In this document: positions 12,906-26,221 of the stretch, in pieces
Layout: the number at the start of each line of letters is the position of its first letter
Numbering within the stretch: position 1 is the first letter of the stretch
Assembly (NCBI RefSeq): GCF_030028105.1
Contig: NC_092370.1
Location: forward strand, 119,190,221 to 119,254,220
Length of the DNA stretch: 64,000 bases
Source of the DNA: Mobula birostris
Taxonomy: Eukaryota
Direction: 5' to 3'
The notes under the pieces: model-generated
What the model saw: only the letters and a program-made list of their open reading frames with translations
What the model was told of the DNA's origin: nothing
The model's database searches: none
Translations under genes and position numbers: made by a program

Positions 12906-13597
12906 AATGTATCTTTGTAGATAATCAGAATGATTTTGCATGTGCCAAAATGCCAATTAGGAATAATGTCTCAACTGGCTTCTTTCTCTCTGTTAAGAAT
13001 GGGAACTTGGCAAAGAACCAGAGAATTATTGGCACAGACGAGATTCTTCACTGTAGGAATCTCCTTCTTCAAAATGGTTGTGATAAGATTGTAATAAACG
13101 ATGCATTCGTGAAGGAGGCCATTTAACTCATCATGCTTATGCTGGCTCCTTGAAATCAGGTTATTGCTGCCCGGTAGACCACAAGTCTGAGTTCTTGATC
13201 TTCTTCTCCTTAGCTAGTGCATCTTATTATCAACATCTGCTTTTGTTGGGAGAAGCTCCTGAACCCGTTGCTAACCTGCTTCCACCTTCTCAGTGGCTCC
13301 TGATGGATCACAGTAGCCGGCTGCACAAATGGGATGATCCCAACTCCTCCTGGTTCTTATGTGGACCCCCTACCCTGCAGGTCTTCTGGTCACCGCCCCC
13401 CCCCCCCCAAAAGTGAAAACTCATTCACCCAAACTCCTTTCATGATTTCATGATATTTTTGGCGGCAAATCCTGGTGTCGTAAAACTGGAATTAATAAAC
13501 TTCAAATTGGAGGATAATGGAATTCTTATTTTAACATGGAATAGGTGTTGCTGAAGTCCTTAGGACCAAGGCCAAATACTCTCTCCTGAACTATGCT

Positions 13598-13880
13598 ACG
13601 CAGCACAGTGGAGTAGTGGTTAGTGTCACACTTTACAGCGTCAACAATCAGAAGATCGAAGTTCAATTCTTGTTTCTGTCTGTGTGGAGTTAATAATATC
13701 TTCCTGTGACCATGTGTGTTTCCCTTGGGTGCTCCAGTTTCTTTCCTCATTCCAAAGACGTACAGTTAGGGTTAGTGAATTGTGGACATGCAAGCTTGGC
13801 ACCAGAAGCATGTTAGCTTTTGCGGCCTGCCGGCACTTGCATACGGACTGATGCAAACGATGTATTTCAATGCATGCCTT
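13598..13880 (+). mobile_element. tRNA-derived V-domain SINE
   Basis: Head GCAGCACAGTGGAGTAGTGGTTAG...GTTCAATTC (A/B boxes), then CTGTGTGGAGTT...GGGTGCTCCAGTTTCTTTCC V-domain. Confidence 0.75.
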
Positions 13881-13889
13881 AATTGACCA

Positions 13890-14765
13890 GTCAAGATGGC
13901 ACCTGTGTAAACGCTCCTTCAGTCAACATCTTCAGGGTAGATCATGAAACCATATATTTCACTTCTTTTACATTTGTTTTTCATCTTGAATGTGATTCTG
14001 GAACTGTTGGAGCCCATGAGTTGCAGTTTGGAGATTGTTTGGCTGTTTCAGCACTCTGCAATCTCCGAGACGATTCTGGGAGACAGAAGCAGTGAGTGGG
14101 AGCCTCATGGCAAGAAGTCTGTGGGAAGGGGCGCGAGCCGATTTTCAACTCCATTTTGCCAAATAAAGCCTCCGTTAGTTGCCGATTAAAGCAACGAGGA
14201 GGATTGACACATCAAGGTGAATGCAGAAGGTGAGCGCCAGCTGCCTGCATTTTGATTGTTGGGGGAATTGCTCTGCTGTCAGAGAGGGGGAGACTGCCTT
14301 TTGATCTCTGGTGGAATCACTCTGCTACGGAGAGGGGAGACTGTCTTTTGATCACTGGTGGAATCACTCTGCTATGGAAAGGGGAGACTGCCTTTTGATC
14401 ACTGGTGGGATCACTCACAGCCAGAGAGGAATAGGCCTGTCGCTGTGCCCAGAGAATGTTACGCAGGTTTTCATCGTTTTGGATATGGACTTGGACTATA
14501 GACTCTTCTTTTCAGTCTTATGGTTTTTTGTATTCTGTGTTTTCCACCTGATCTTTCTCATTTTTTTTTGAGTATGGGGGAGGGGGATTTGGGTGTTGAT
14601 GTTGCCTGTTCCATTTTTGTCCAGTATTTTTGGGCAGGGAGGAGGGATTTGGGGGCTGATGATCGTGCTGCGGCTCTTTTCTTTCTTGGCTTCGTGGCTA
14701 TCTGAAGAAGAAGAATTTCAGAATTGTACACTTTGATAATAAAAATGAACCTTTGAACCTTTGAA
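13890..14765 (+). mobile_element. Non-coding non-autonomous retroelement starting CAAGATGGC, with an internal 47-49 bp x3 tandem repeat (14271-14413)
   Basis: No credible ORF; AATAAA followed by a (TGAACCTT)n tail; tail shared with 1069-1243. Confidence 0.6.
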
Positions 14766-14849
14766 GCTTAATAAAGCCAATCTGAGGATATGCTTGGATA
14801 TTTTTCCAACAACTGCCTACTGACCATTCATCATCTGAGAGGGAGCTGG

Positions 14850-16251
14850 ATGACTATCAACCTGTGGCTCTGACATCAATTGCTATGAAGTGCTTTGAGA
14901 GATTGGTTATGGCACACATCAACCACAGCCTACCGGTCAACCTCGATGCTTTGCAATTCGCCTACCGGAGCAACAGGTCAACAGCAGATGCCACCTCTCT
15001 GGTCCTACATTCCTCCTTAGAACACCTGGAGAATAAAGACGCATACGTAAGGCTCCTTTCATTGACTACAGCTCTGCCTTTAATACCATCATTCCAAATA
15101 AACTGATTCCTAAGCTCCGGAACCTGGGCCTTAGCACCCAGATCTGCAGCTGGATCTTCAACTTCCTCACAGACAGGACCCAGGCTGTCAAAATAGGGGA
15201 CAAGCTCTCCTCTACAATCACTCTGAGCACCGGTGCCCCACAAGGCTCTGTACTCAGCCCCCAGCTGTACTCACTGTACACCCATGATTGTGTAGCCAAG
15301 TTTCCATCAAACTCAATATGTAAGTTTGCTGATGACACAACAATTGTAGGCCATATCTCGGGTAATGATGAGCTTGAGTACAGAGAGGAAATTAAGAACC
15401 TGGTGGGATGGTGCGAAGACAATAACCTATCCCTCAACGTCAGCAAGACGAAGGAATTGGTTGTTGACTTCAGAAGGAATAGCGGACCGCACGATCCCAT
15501 TTACATCGGTGGTGCGCAAGTGGAACAGGTCAAAAGCTTTAAGTTCCTCAGGGTTAATATCACAAATGACCTGACTTGGTCCAACCAAGCAGAGTTCACT
15601 GCCAAGAAGGCCCACCAGCGCCTTTATTTCCTGAGAAAACTAAAGAAATTTGTCTTGTTCTCCTAAAACCCTCGCTAATTTTTATAGATGCACCGTAGAA
15701 AGCATTCTTCTAGGGTGCATCACAACCTGGTATGGAAGTTGTCCTGTCCAAGACTGGAAGGAGCTGCAGAAGATTGTGAACACAGTGCAGCATATCACAC
15801 AAACCAATCTTCCATCCTTGGACTCACTTTACGCCGCACGCTGTCGGAGCAGTGCTGCCAAGATAATCAAGGACACGACCCACCCAGCCAACAGACTTTT
15901 TGTCCCTCTTCCCTCCAGGAGAAGGCTCAGGTGCTTGAAGACTCGTATGGCCAGATTTGGGAACAGCTTCTTTCCAGTTGTGATAAGACTGCTGAGCGGA
16001 TGCTGACCCGGATCTGGGTCGTACCCTCCAAATATCCGGACCTGCCTCTTGGTTTTTTTTGCACTACCTTACTTTCCATTTTTCTATTTTCTATTTATGA
16101 TTTATAATTTAAATTTTTAATATTTACTAATTTTTACTATTTTTAATATTTAATATTTGTAATCCAAGGAGCAGGAAGCGCAGAATCAAATATCGCTGTA
16201 ATGATTGTACATTCTAGTATGAGTTGTTTGGTGACAATAAAGTATAAAGTA
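14850..16251 (+). mobile_element. 5'-truncated Rex1/Babar-clade LINE (RT, frameshifted)
   Basis: [55 protein letters not shown]; tail GACAATAAAGTATAAAGTAT. Confidence 0.92.
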
Positions 16252-16369
16252 TCTTTACATAATCTGTTTCCTATAACCCTGTTGGTGGAGACCCTCTCGG
16301 TTACTGGCACAGATAAAAATGCCCAAAAGCTTTCACCGTGGAATGATACACATTAGGACAGCATATCAG

Positions 16370-16700
16370 AGAATTATAGAGAGATACAGCAGTGAATCAG
16401 GCCCTTTGGCCCACTGAGCTTGTGCTAACCATCAACCACCCCTTTACATTCATCCTACCCTCTCCCTCTATTCTCCCCACATTCCCATCATCTCCCCCCA
16501 AATTCTAACACTTACGCACACACTAAGGAGCCGTTTGCAGTGGGCACCCCGGCCTGCATGTCCCTGAGGTGTGGGATGAAACCAGAGGGTCTGGAGGAAA
16601 CCCATGCGATCACAGGGAAAACTCCCCACACAGGCAGCACCAAAGGTCAGGATTAAAGCTGGGGCACTGGAGCTGTGAGTCAGTGGCTCTACCAGCTGAG
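16370..16700 (-). mobile_element. V-domain SINE with CR1-like tail
   Basis: GGAGGAAACCCATGCGATCACAGGGAAAACTCCCCACACAG is the reverse complement of the V-domain. Confidence 0.7.
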
Positions 16701-18425
16701 GCCTAGTAACACCCCTCTTTCTTGCTGCCATGTTCCTGATAGCTCGCACTCACCCAGAGGTGAACCTGACCCATTGACTCGGTGTAGTTCTATAATAAAG
16801 TCATACATGTTTGGTGTGGCGTTTTGTGGTATTTCGAGCTGGCGAGTAACCCTCGTCTGTTTCAGGCTTTTCCTCTGCTATCTCAGCCTGTCATCACCTG
16901 GGTCCTGTTCGAGGCATCCACTCCCTGATGCCAGCCAGACTGCCTCCTGCCTATCTCAGGAGGTTTCCGAGTGCGTCATTGTGCACTCTTTGTGGGTAGC
17001 TGTGGGAAAATTCTCCGCAGAGATACCAGCAGAAGTTTTCCACTGGCCTTTATCCTGCTTCTGGCAAGCAAACATGTCTCATCCTTGAAACTCCAGGCAC
17101 GTTTCCCAAGACCCCATGAAAGGCAGCCAGCTCTCACACTTCCAGACGTGCTGGTACACCAGCACCCAGTAGCAGTATTATTCTGGGATGCTTCTGACCG
17201 CAGTGGGTATGCTGAGGTCTTGAAGCAGTTTTACAACTGCTTTGGAACAAGCATGGAGAATTTTGCCACTTGTTTTTTGAATTGTAACCAATACACTGCA
17301 TACTCCCCATTAGATTTATAATTAAATCAATAGGGAGTGATAAAGCGTTAAGTTACAAAGAAAACCAAGGAGCAAAGGCCCTGCTGCTGAGTGTTGAGAG
17401 TGATAAAGCTGTTGGGCTGCCTGATAGGAGTGGGGAAGACTGGATAAGTTTCGATGTTGCTGTGACAACCGTGGAAGGGTAGCAGTGAAAGCTGAGCATT
17501 GTGTGCAACATGGTTCGGGTCCCGTTTAGGAGGCAGGCAGCAAGGTAAAGGTAATCTGAAATGCAAAGAATGTAGATGCTGGAAAATTGAAATATTAACA
17601 GAAATTGTTTCAACAGAATGACAGTGACCTTGGGCGTTATCTGTTTCTCCACTGCCCCCCCACCTCCAGAAATACTGCACAACCCAGTGAGTGTTTCCAA
17701 CATTTGTGTTTAAAACCTATTCATCTTTAAGCACACATTTACATCTATCGCCTATCCATATTTGGCCTTGAACTTAATGACTTGCTGGGCTACTTTAAGA
17801 AGGCATTTAACAATCATCTCCTTTGATGTGTCTGCAATCTTGAATCAACAGACTGGGCGAGGAGGCAGATTTCCTCGCCCTGAAAAACATTATCAAGGTT
17901 CATACAACAATGCAGTGGTTTTATGGTCACCATTACAGAGCTGAGTTGGGGTCAGGTGCTTTGTACTTTTTAAAATTTCGCAGCTGCTGTGGGGAGACTG
18001 GGACTTGTAAATCCAGAACCCTGCACCCATGGAGAAGGGAAGAGCGAGGGGGGGCGGAGTAGGTGGATTGCCAACATTCTTTATGTGTGATGGGATGCCA
18101 CATATCTAAATGGGAAATTGGGTGCCCTACACAATTACGACTTTGTAATCCTTTCACTATATAGTTTCAGTGACCCAAGCGCTTGGCCCGCACACATTTA
18201 TTCTCAGGTGGTCCCAAACTGAATGATGTTGACACACTATGTGCTTTGGAGTCCCACACAAGTAACAAGATGATAAATTGGTCATTGGCCTATTCATGTC
18301 ACATGTACAGAGGTAGAGTGAAAACTTCCTTCTGTATACCTTCCATAAAGATAATTTCATCTCATCATTTCATACATTTGTCATTTGTAGGTTTAATTCC
18401 TACTTTCCTAAGTTATTGTGTTTTA

Positions 18426-18453
18426 TGTGTGTGTGTGTGTGTGTGTGTGTGTG
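18426..18453. repeat. (TG)n microsatellite within a Rex1-type tail
   Basis: Direct reading. Confidence 0.95.
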
Positions 18454-19708
18454 ATCGCGTGCGTGTGCGTGCGCATATGTGCACTACCGTGCTTTATACC
18501 CTGCTCTGGAGAAACATTGTCTCACTTGACGGTATATGTGTATATAGTTAAATGACAATAAACTTGACTTGACTTGACATCTGTGCATTGAGATGGTAGA
18601 AGGGGAAAACAATAACAGAATGCAGAATGGAGTCTTACACTTCCAGAGAGAGCGTGGTATAGGCAGACAGTAAGATGCAAAGCCAAGGCATTAGTGCCTT
18701 AGTAGCGAGGTCCAGAATCCAGCTTATCGTACTAGGGGCACATTCATTTGTATTATAACAGTGGGCTAGAAGCTGTCCTTCGATCTGGTAGTGCTTACTT
18801 TCAGGCTTTTGTATCTTCTGTCCAATGGGATTGCAAAGAAAAGAGAATGTCTGGGGTGGTCATACTGAGGTTTTCTGGCTTCCTCCTACGTTGACTGCTT
18901 TACCGAGGCAGCGAAAAGTGTAGACAGAGTCCACAGAGGGTAATCTGTTATCTGTGATCTGCTGAGCTGTGTCCACAACTCTCTGCAGTTTACCGGCACA
19001 GCAGTTGTCATACCGAGTTGTGATGTATTCAGATAGGATGGTTTACCTCTATGGTGAGGGTCAAAGGAGATAATGGCAAATCACTTTAACAGCTTGAGGA
19101 AGCAGAGGTGATGCTGTGTTTTCTTAACCGTGACAATGGATACATGGTTTGAACTAGGACAGGCTACTGGTGATGTTCACTCTTCAACGCCAGGCTCAGT
19201 ATTGTGCCACGGTCAGTGGGAAATAGGGGGTGAGAACTCTTGGCTCACTGCTCACCTCCAAACCCACGATAATGCACCTCAGAGTGGTCAGCTGAATGGG
19301 TACTTCTGGGAACTGCACAGAGCAAACTATAACCTCAAGCAACCTTGCTCACAGCTGCTGGCATTCCAGCATTTCGGTTATGATTATATTTATTGTAATT
19401 TTAGCATCTGCTAACATTTACTGTCCTTCTATGATGGCCCTTGAACTAAATGGCCATTTAGTGTTAGGCCATTTTAGACGACAGGGACAAAATAAAAATA
19501 TACCCCATTTCAAGTTTTAACATAAGTGGCCTACAAAATGAAAGCTACATCTGCTATGATGTTTAATAGTCAGAAATGGGAAATTTAAAGAAAGTAAAAC
19601 AAAAGATAGAGACCAAATGAACAGTCACCTGAATTGGAACAACTGGGGCCTGGACTGTTCAAGATGTGAGTCAGAATATAATATCACTTGATGAGATTTT
19701 TTTAAGTA

Positions 19709-20523
19709 CAGTGGATTCCGGTAAATTGGGCTATCGGTTAATGGGGCTGCCTATTATTTGGGACAACTCTTAAAGAACAAAAACTAATTGAGAAAATTGC
19801 CAGAATTCCCCTATTTTATTTGGGATATTATGCCAGTTAATTGGGGCAGGAGACTGTTGCTGAACAGACTCTAACTAACATCAGACCTGCATAATTGTGT
19901 GATTGTTAGGCACTAGACCATGCTAAGCACAAGTAGTTTTTAAGTAGTGTCATTTGCATGTATTTGTGTTCAAGTAGCAGTGATTTTTGTCGCTGACAGT
20001 CAGCGAGAAATAAGCAGTAAAACAATTCCAAATTGTTCTGCTCACTGCGGTTTCAAGCATTCAGGCTTGGATATGCCAGAAATGGCCGGGAGTGAAAGTA
20101 AAGCAATATCATTACTTCAACAAATTAGGAACTATGAAGAATTTGAAGAAAATGAAAATAATCTTGAATGTTACAATGAAAATGAAGATTTGGAGGATGT
20201 AATCAGTGATAGCATGATATGAAGGAAGTCCATTAGGTGTCTGGATTAGCATTAGGTGTCTACACTGATTTTGTTCATTGCATACACTCGATGAATTCCT
20301 CCATTGATAACTATCAGGAACTAATACACAGTTTTATAGCACTGTAGTCCTATTGGTGGTGTTCTAATTTGGTCTGTATTTCAGTTAAATACATAATTTG
20401 TTACTCAGTTTGTCTTTTTTATACCTTTTTAACCATTTCCATTAAATTCAGCTAATTGTGACAGCCACTTAATTGGGCCAAAATGTACTGGGCCTGACAT
20501 TTACCAATTAACCAGAATCCACT
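19709..20523 (+). mobile_element. Tigger/pogo (Tc1-mariner) non-autonomous DNA transposon
   Basis: TA|CAGTGGATTCCGGTAAATTGG ... CCAATTAACCAGAATCCACT|TA termini; internal pogo-like remnant ISSKTIPNCSAHCGF. Confidence 0.85.
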
Positions 20524-23500
20524 TATTTAAGTATTATCTTCTTGATTCTGGATACCGTTTTGTATTCTTCTGAGGTCCAGTATTAGCCCATCCTACTCAA
20601 CCCCTCCTTCAGGGGATCCAATCCAGTGAATCTACACAGCACTGATTCCAAGGTGCCTCCTTGTCTGCCCACACTGCTCTCAATGTGGGCCTTTACATGT
20701 TAGCAAAGCATTATTGTTGAACCTTGGACATCTGTCACAAGGTATGAGCCTTCTAATGTCTATGAATTCCACTATCTTAGATAGTATTCACACAAAGCTG
20801 GATACATACTTGAAAGAGAAAGTGATAGGCTAGTGTGGGAAGAGCTTTCTGTGGAATATGGTCTGATTAGACCGATTTGTTTCATTACTACTACACAACA
20901 GTGTGCTTGAGCAATCTTTCAGCAGCGTTTGTAAACCATCCTGTTTGTCCGTGACCTCTAGAGCTCAAGGCATGGTACTGGGCCCAGTGAGATAGCATAA
21001 TGTTTCACTAAATAAACACTGTCACTACCAGCAGTACCATATCGAATCTGTTCTTAATCGAGGATGACACTGAATGATTGGGTGCAGGTTTCTCATTTAC
21101 CCGAAGGAGCTCTTGCCCCAGGAAAAGGCTCTACTCCTTTTTCAGCCAAGCCGAATTGTTTACATCATCTAAAATATCTCAATGCAAACAAAGTAGACAT
21201 CAGTACGTTCCCATATCTGCACCACCACCAGCACTTTCAAAATGCAACTAACATTCTTGGAGCTAGTTTAGTCTGATTTTGCAATTGCAATGTCCATTGA
21301 TAAAATGAACAGACAGAGGAATCGGTAATTGGTTTATTCCTGTCACTTGTACTGAGGTACAGTAAAAAGTTCGGTTTACAAAGTTCCAACTAAATGTACT
21401 ATCAAACTACTTATAAGTCACCAAGTTGCATACATCCATACAGATTATTTCATCACATGGGTATATTAAAGTAGTAAAAGCAAGAAACAATAACAGAATG
21501 CAGAATATAGTGTTACAGAAAAGGTGCAGTGAAGGCAGATAATAACATGCAAAACTATGACAAGAGAGGCTTTAAAGTCAAGACTCAGTGGGATAGAAGC
21601 TGTTCTTGACCCTGATGATATGTGCTTTCAAGCTTTTTTATCTTCTACCCAATGGGAGGGGAAGAAGAGAGAATGGCAGTGGTGGGTGGGTCTCTGATCA
21701 TGTTGGCTGCTTTACCAAGCTGGCAAGAAAAGTATACAGAGTCCATGGAGGAGAGGACGATTTACATGACAAAGTGGGTTGCATTCATGACTCTCTGAAA
21801 GTTCTTGCAGTATTGAGCAGAACAGTCCCCACACCAAGCCGTGATGTTTTCTATGGTGCATCAGGGACATGCCAAATTTCCTTAGGTGCACCTCTTTGGC
21901 AGTAATATCTATGTGGCTGGACCAAGACAAGGTGTTGCTAATACTTGAACCTAAAGCTCTCAACCACAAACCACAAGTCACCTGCAGGAACAGCTGAGCT
22001 TTTGTAACATCTGCTTTCATTTCAGATTTCCAGCATCTGCAGAGTTTTACCTTGCCAGCCCCGTTGTAAGCTTGAGCTGTGGGAGATGCGGACAGGGTGG
22101 TGTAGATTCAGCAGCAGAAGATTTGATGAATTTGTAGGTTTTAATCATTTCTGATGCAAAATCAAACTTTTCAGCTACAAAAATTGCTAAATTTGATGAC
22201 TGTGCTAACGTTTTAGATGTGATAGGAATTCTGGGAATGAATTTTGCATGTGCAGTGAGAAGATAACAAGGTGACCTCATTAGAAGCTACAAAGGTTAGG
22301 AAGAGGAACACTGCGGACCAACTCTTGCACTACCATAGACTTCTGTTTGTTGTGCACTATTACCTTGTTTTGAAGTCTTCACTGTCTTGTACAATTTATG
22401 TATAATTTATGTTCTGTACACTACCTGTACCTAACATGCCTGCAATGCTGCTAAAAGCAAGTTATTCATTGTACCGGTACCTCATCATATTTATAGACAT
22501 ACCTATAAACTTGGCCATGGCTCTGTCTCATAAATGACCTATCTGGCCTGTATTTATTGTATAGAGCCTTAAGTCAAACTCCTCTGTGAATCTGCACTGA
22601 TAATATAAGAGCTCTAGTCTAATATAATCTTCTTCTTCGGCTGTCCATCAATTTTTAAGTTAATTGAGGCCTGGGCAAGGTTGTATGGAAGACCGGCAGT
22701 TGCCCATGCTGCAAATCTCCCCTCTCCATGCCACCGATGTTGTCCAGGGGAAGGGCACTAGGACCCATACAGTTTGGCACCGGTGTCATCGCAGAGCAAT
22801 GTGTGGTTAAATGCCTTGCTCAAGGACACAACACGCTGCACCACTCTAATATAATAAGCAATAAGCAGCAATTGAAAGCACAAGGAAATCTTTTCTACGG
22901 GGAGAACACTTCCTGGCGAACACTCAATATTGGTGAGCTCCAATAAGTCAACATGGTGGCAAATCAACATTGCACAGTGATTGGCATCAGAATATCGCGG
23001 CTGTGAGCCTGATTCCATTCGGGAGATTGAGAGAATCTTCCCATTGAAGGACCAGGGGTTGCAGATTCAAAATGGGGGTAAAACCTCCACAGGCCAGAAG
23101 GTATTGTGACCTGGAACTCGCTAGCAGCGAGTGGATTGAAGCAGAACCATCAGGGCTTTCAGGGGTAGTGTGGGAACGTCGCCTGCAGAGAAACAAGGGA
23201 AGAATTGAGAAAGTGCATTTTGTTGACATGAGTTCGATGGGAAGAATGATCTCAACGTCCAACGTAAATTTTATTATCGATGTATATACGTGTCACCATC
23301 TACAACCCTAAGATACACTTCGTGCGGGCATACTCAGCAAATCTATACAATAGTAACTAGAACAGGATCAATGAAAGATCAACCAGAGTGCAGATCACAA
23401 CAAGCTGTGCAAATGTAAATATAAATAAATAGCAATAAATAGCGAGAACATGAGATAACAAGGTAAAGAGCCCTTAAAGTGAGTAAATTGGCTGTGGGAC

Positions 23501-23569
23501 ATCTCAATGGATGAGTAAGTGAGTGTAGTTTTTCCCTTTTTGCAATGCACAATCTGTACTGTAGATTAA

Positions 23570-23800
23570 GGCAGCACAGTAACACAGTGGTTAGAGGAAT
23601 GCCATTAGGTTGCTAGTGGCTCGGGCTTTAATTCTGCCGCTGAATGTAAGGAGTTCGTACGTTTCCCCCCATGACCACTGGTGCTCCAGTTTCCTCCCAC
23701 GTTCCAAAGACATGTGAGTTAGTAGGTTAATTAGTTGCATGGGTGTAATTGGACAGTTCATTGGGCCAGAGGGGCCTGATACTGTACTAAATCTCTAAAC
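23570..23800 (+). mobile_element. V-domain SINE
   Basis: GGCAGCACAGTAACACAGTGGTTAG head; GGTGCTCCAGTTTCCTCCCACGTTCCAAAGAC V-domain. Confidence 0.7.
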
Positions 23801-24771
23801 GAATCTGTGCTCAAGCCAGCACCAAAGATTTTTTTTCTTTTGAATCAAAGGTACAGTTTTAAACAGCAGACATAGCAATGCAATAAATTGCTAGACACCA
23901 GTAAATGTAAATCAGCTCCCATCATAATCAGAGCACTTCACCCAGTTCAGCAGCTCCTTTCACACAGTCTCCCACTGCTGCCACTGTTGTTTCTGTACTG
24001 CTCTTTTTTATTTGGGTCTATTATCACTCAATCCAGTAACACAAATTTCCCTTTTAATTTAAAGGTCTCGGGTCAGCTACTAAGGCAGTAAAGTGGTAAC
24101 TAAAGCTGGTCAAAAAGGGCAGGTACTTGAAAAGGCCACCCAAGGTCAGCAAAGCCCTTCTCATTGAACAGCAAAGTGGAGAGGAAATCAGCGCATGGGT
24201 CTTTTATGACAGAGCCATGGCTGGTATCTTGGTAAAATGCTACAACGTGGCAGCCTAATCTCTTTGGGAGATCATTACAGGATGTGCCACCTGTCAGTTG
24301 CTGGTTGTCCTCTTGTTCTGTTGTCCTGACATTCTTTTTCCACAAGCTCATTGGTAAAGCTGATGTGTGAGAGTTCAAACGTGTACGTACTGTGCAGCAG
24401 ACTCAAGTGCAGCTACTTCCCATCAACCATCTGGTTCTAAAATCAACTGACACCTGAATCGATACAGTCTACCAACACCAAGATGACACTGACCACGTTG
24501 CAGTATTTCTGTTCATAATTGTGTCCTCTTTTGTAATGCTTGTGTGTAACTTACGCTTCATTTATGTATCTGCGATGCTGCAAGTAAGCTTTTTCTTCAC
24601 CTGTGCATACATGCTCTCGTGCATATGGCAATAAACTAACTTTTTTTTGACTTTGATGTACACACATGTGTTCACACAAAGAGACATGTATGGACACACA
24701 GACACGTACTGTATCTGTTTTATCAGAGGGCTACCCATAAGGCTTTGAAGGCATTAGCAGCTGTTAAATTA

Positions 24772-24772
<1 letters not shown>

Positions 24773-24810
<38 letters not shown>
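24773..24810. repeat. (CA)n microsatellite
   Basis: Direct reading. Confidence 0.97.
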
Positions 24811-24812
<2 letters not shown>

Positions 24813-26221
24813 CATTTGCACTTTCGAAGAAGCAACTGCAAACATAGACACAAGTATACAGTATTTATAAAACCATATTCCAAGTATTTTGTAAGGAGCA
24901 AAATTCCAGTGTTTAAGTTTTCCCCTCCTCACAGGTGATACTTTGCCAGACAGTTGTGATTTTCCTAATGCTGACATTACAGTTGTCCAGACGGATCAGT
25001 TTCTCTCATTCTGGGACTTGGCCCAGAGATGTTTCCTGGTCCAGAGACATCCTTTGTATCACCCATAGACTTCAAGATTGGGGTGTATGTGCTGATGACT
25101 GCTGGGAACTGATTCCTTGTTAGAGTGAGCTGGAGGATCAGAAGACATTTCTGATTCCCCAGAGGGAGTCAACAAGACCACCAGATAGCTCAGTCCGAAT
25201 GGCAAGGACCATCCTGCGAAGACAGCGTTCTGCGCTACTACTGAGTGATTGTGAGTTGCCTCCTATGCAGTGTAAGTGGGAGGTGTTTGGTTCAAGGACC
25301 TGCAGTGAACCAGGCTTCTCCTTAACTGTTCTCTGCAATCCAAGATCTCTGAGGAACATAGAAACATAACAAAACCAGAGCTGGATTAAGTGCAAGTTTG
25401 CAGTGCAAATGGACACTGTGGTATTTATCTCAATACCTGCTCTTTCTTTCCCAGATGCCCTTTGTGTCCAGTAGTCGGTGCATCTCCTCTTTAAGAATTT
25501 CCTCCAACTTGATCTCGACAGATCTATGGGTTCACCACTTTCTGGGTTGAAGAGCTTTCTCCTCATTCTTTTAAATGTCTTAGCCTGACACAATCATGCT
25601 AGACCCACCCAGTCGGATTAAAATACCCTGCCTATACCCAGGTTGTTGAGTTTTGTCAGTACTTTGTACATTTCACTGAGATAATTGAAACTCTAGTAAA
25701 TGAAAGCAAAGTCAACTCAGCCACTGCTCATACAAATGTTCCCCAAAATGCCCCCCCACTACTACCACCCACCAATCCAGCAATCAGTCTGCTGTAACTT
25801 GATTGACAGGTATCTCCCTTCTTAGGGAAGGCCACCAGATATGGTTTCATTTACACAGGACTCAACAACTCTTGCAAGAAAGGCCAACATACCATTTATC
25901 TTCCCAACAGCCTGTTCACCTGTTTATTCTCAGTTAGCGACTGGTGAATAAGGCCACCCAGATTAGTGCCCACAATGAACTTACTAAATCACCTTGAAGC
26001 CTCTTTGCATCCTCCTCTCAACTTACAGCCCTATCCAGTTCTGTGTTGCTGGGTAAATTAGGAGCAAGGCATTCAGTTCTCTCATCCAAATCATTGATAT
26101 AGACCGTGAGTAGCTGGGTCCCAAGCACTGACCTGTTCAGTAGCCCTCTACTTACAGCCTGCGACCCCATTTACTCATAGTCTCAGCCAATTTTTCATCC
26201 ATGTTCATGTATTACTTCCAG

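Noticed and set aside
13598-13675. tRNA gene
   Set aside because: A/B boxes are followed by a V-SINE body and no cloverleaf is evident; it is a SINE head.
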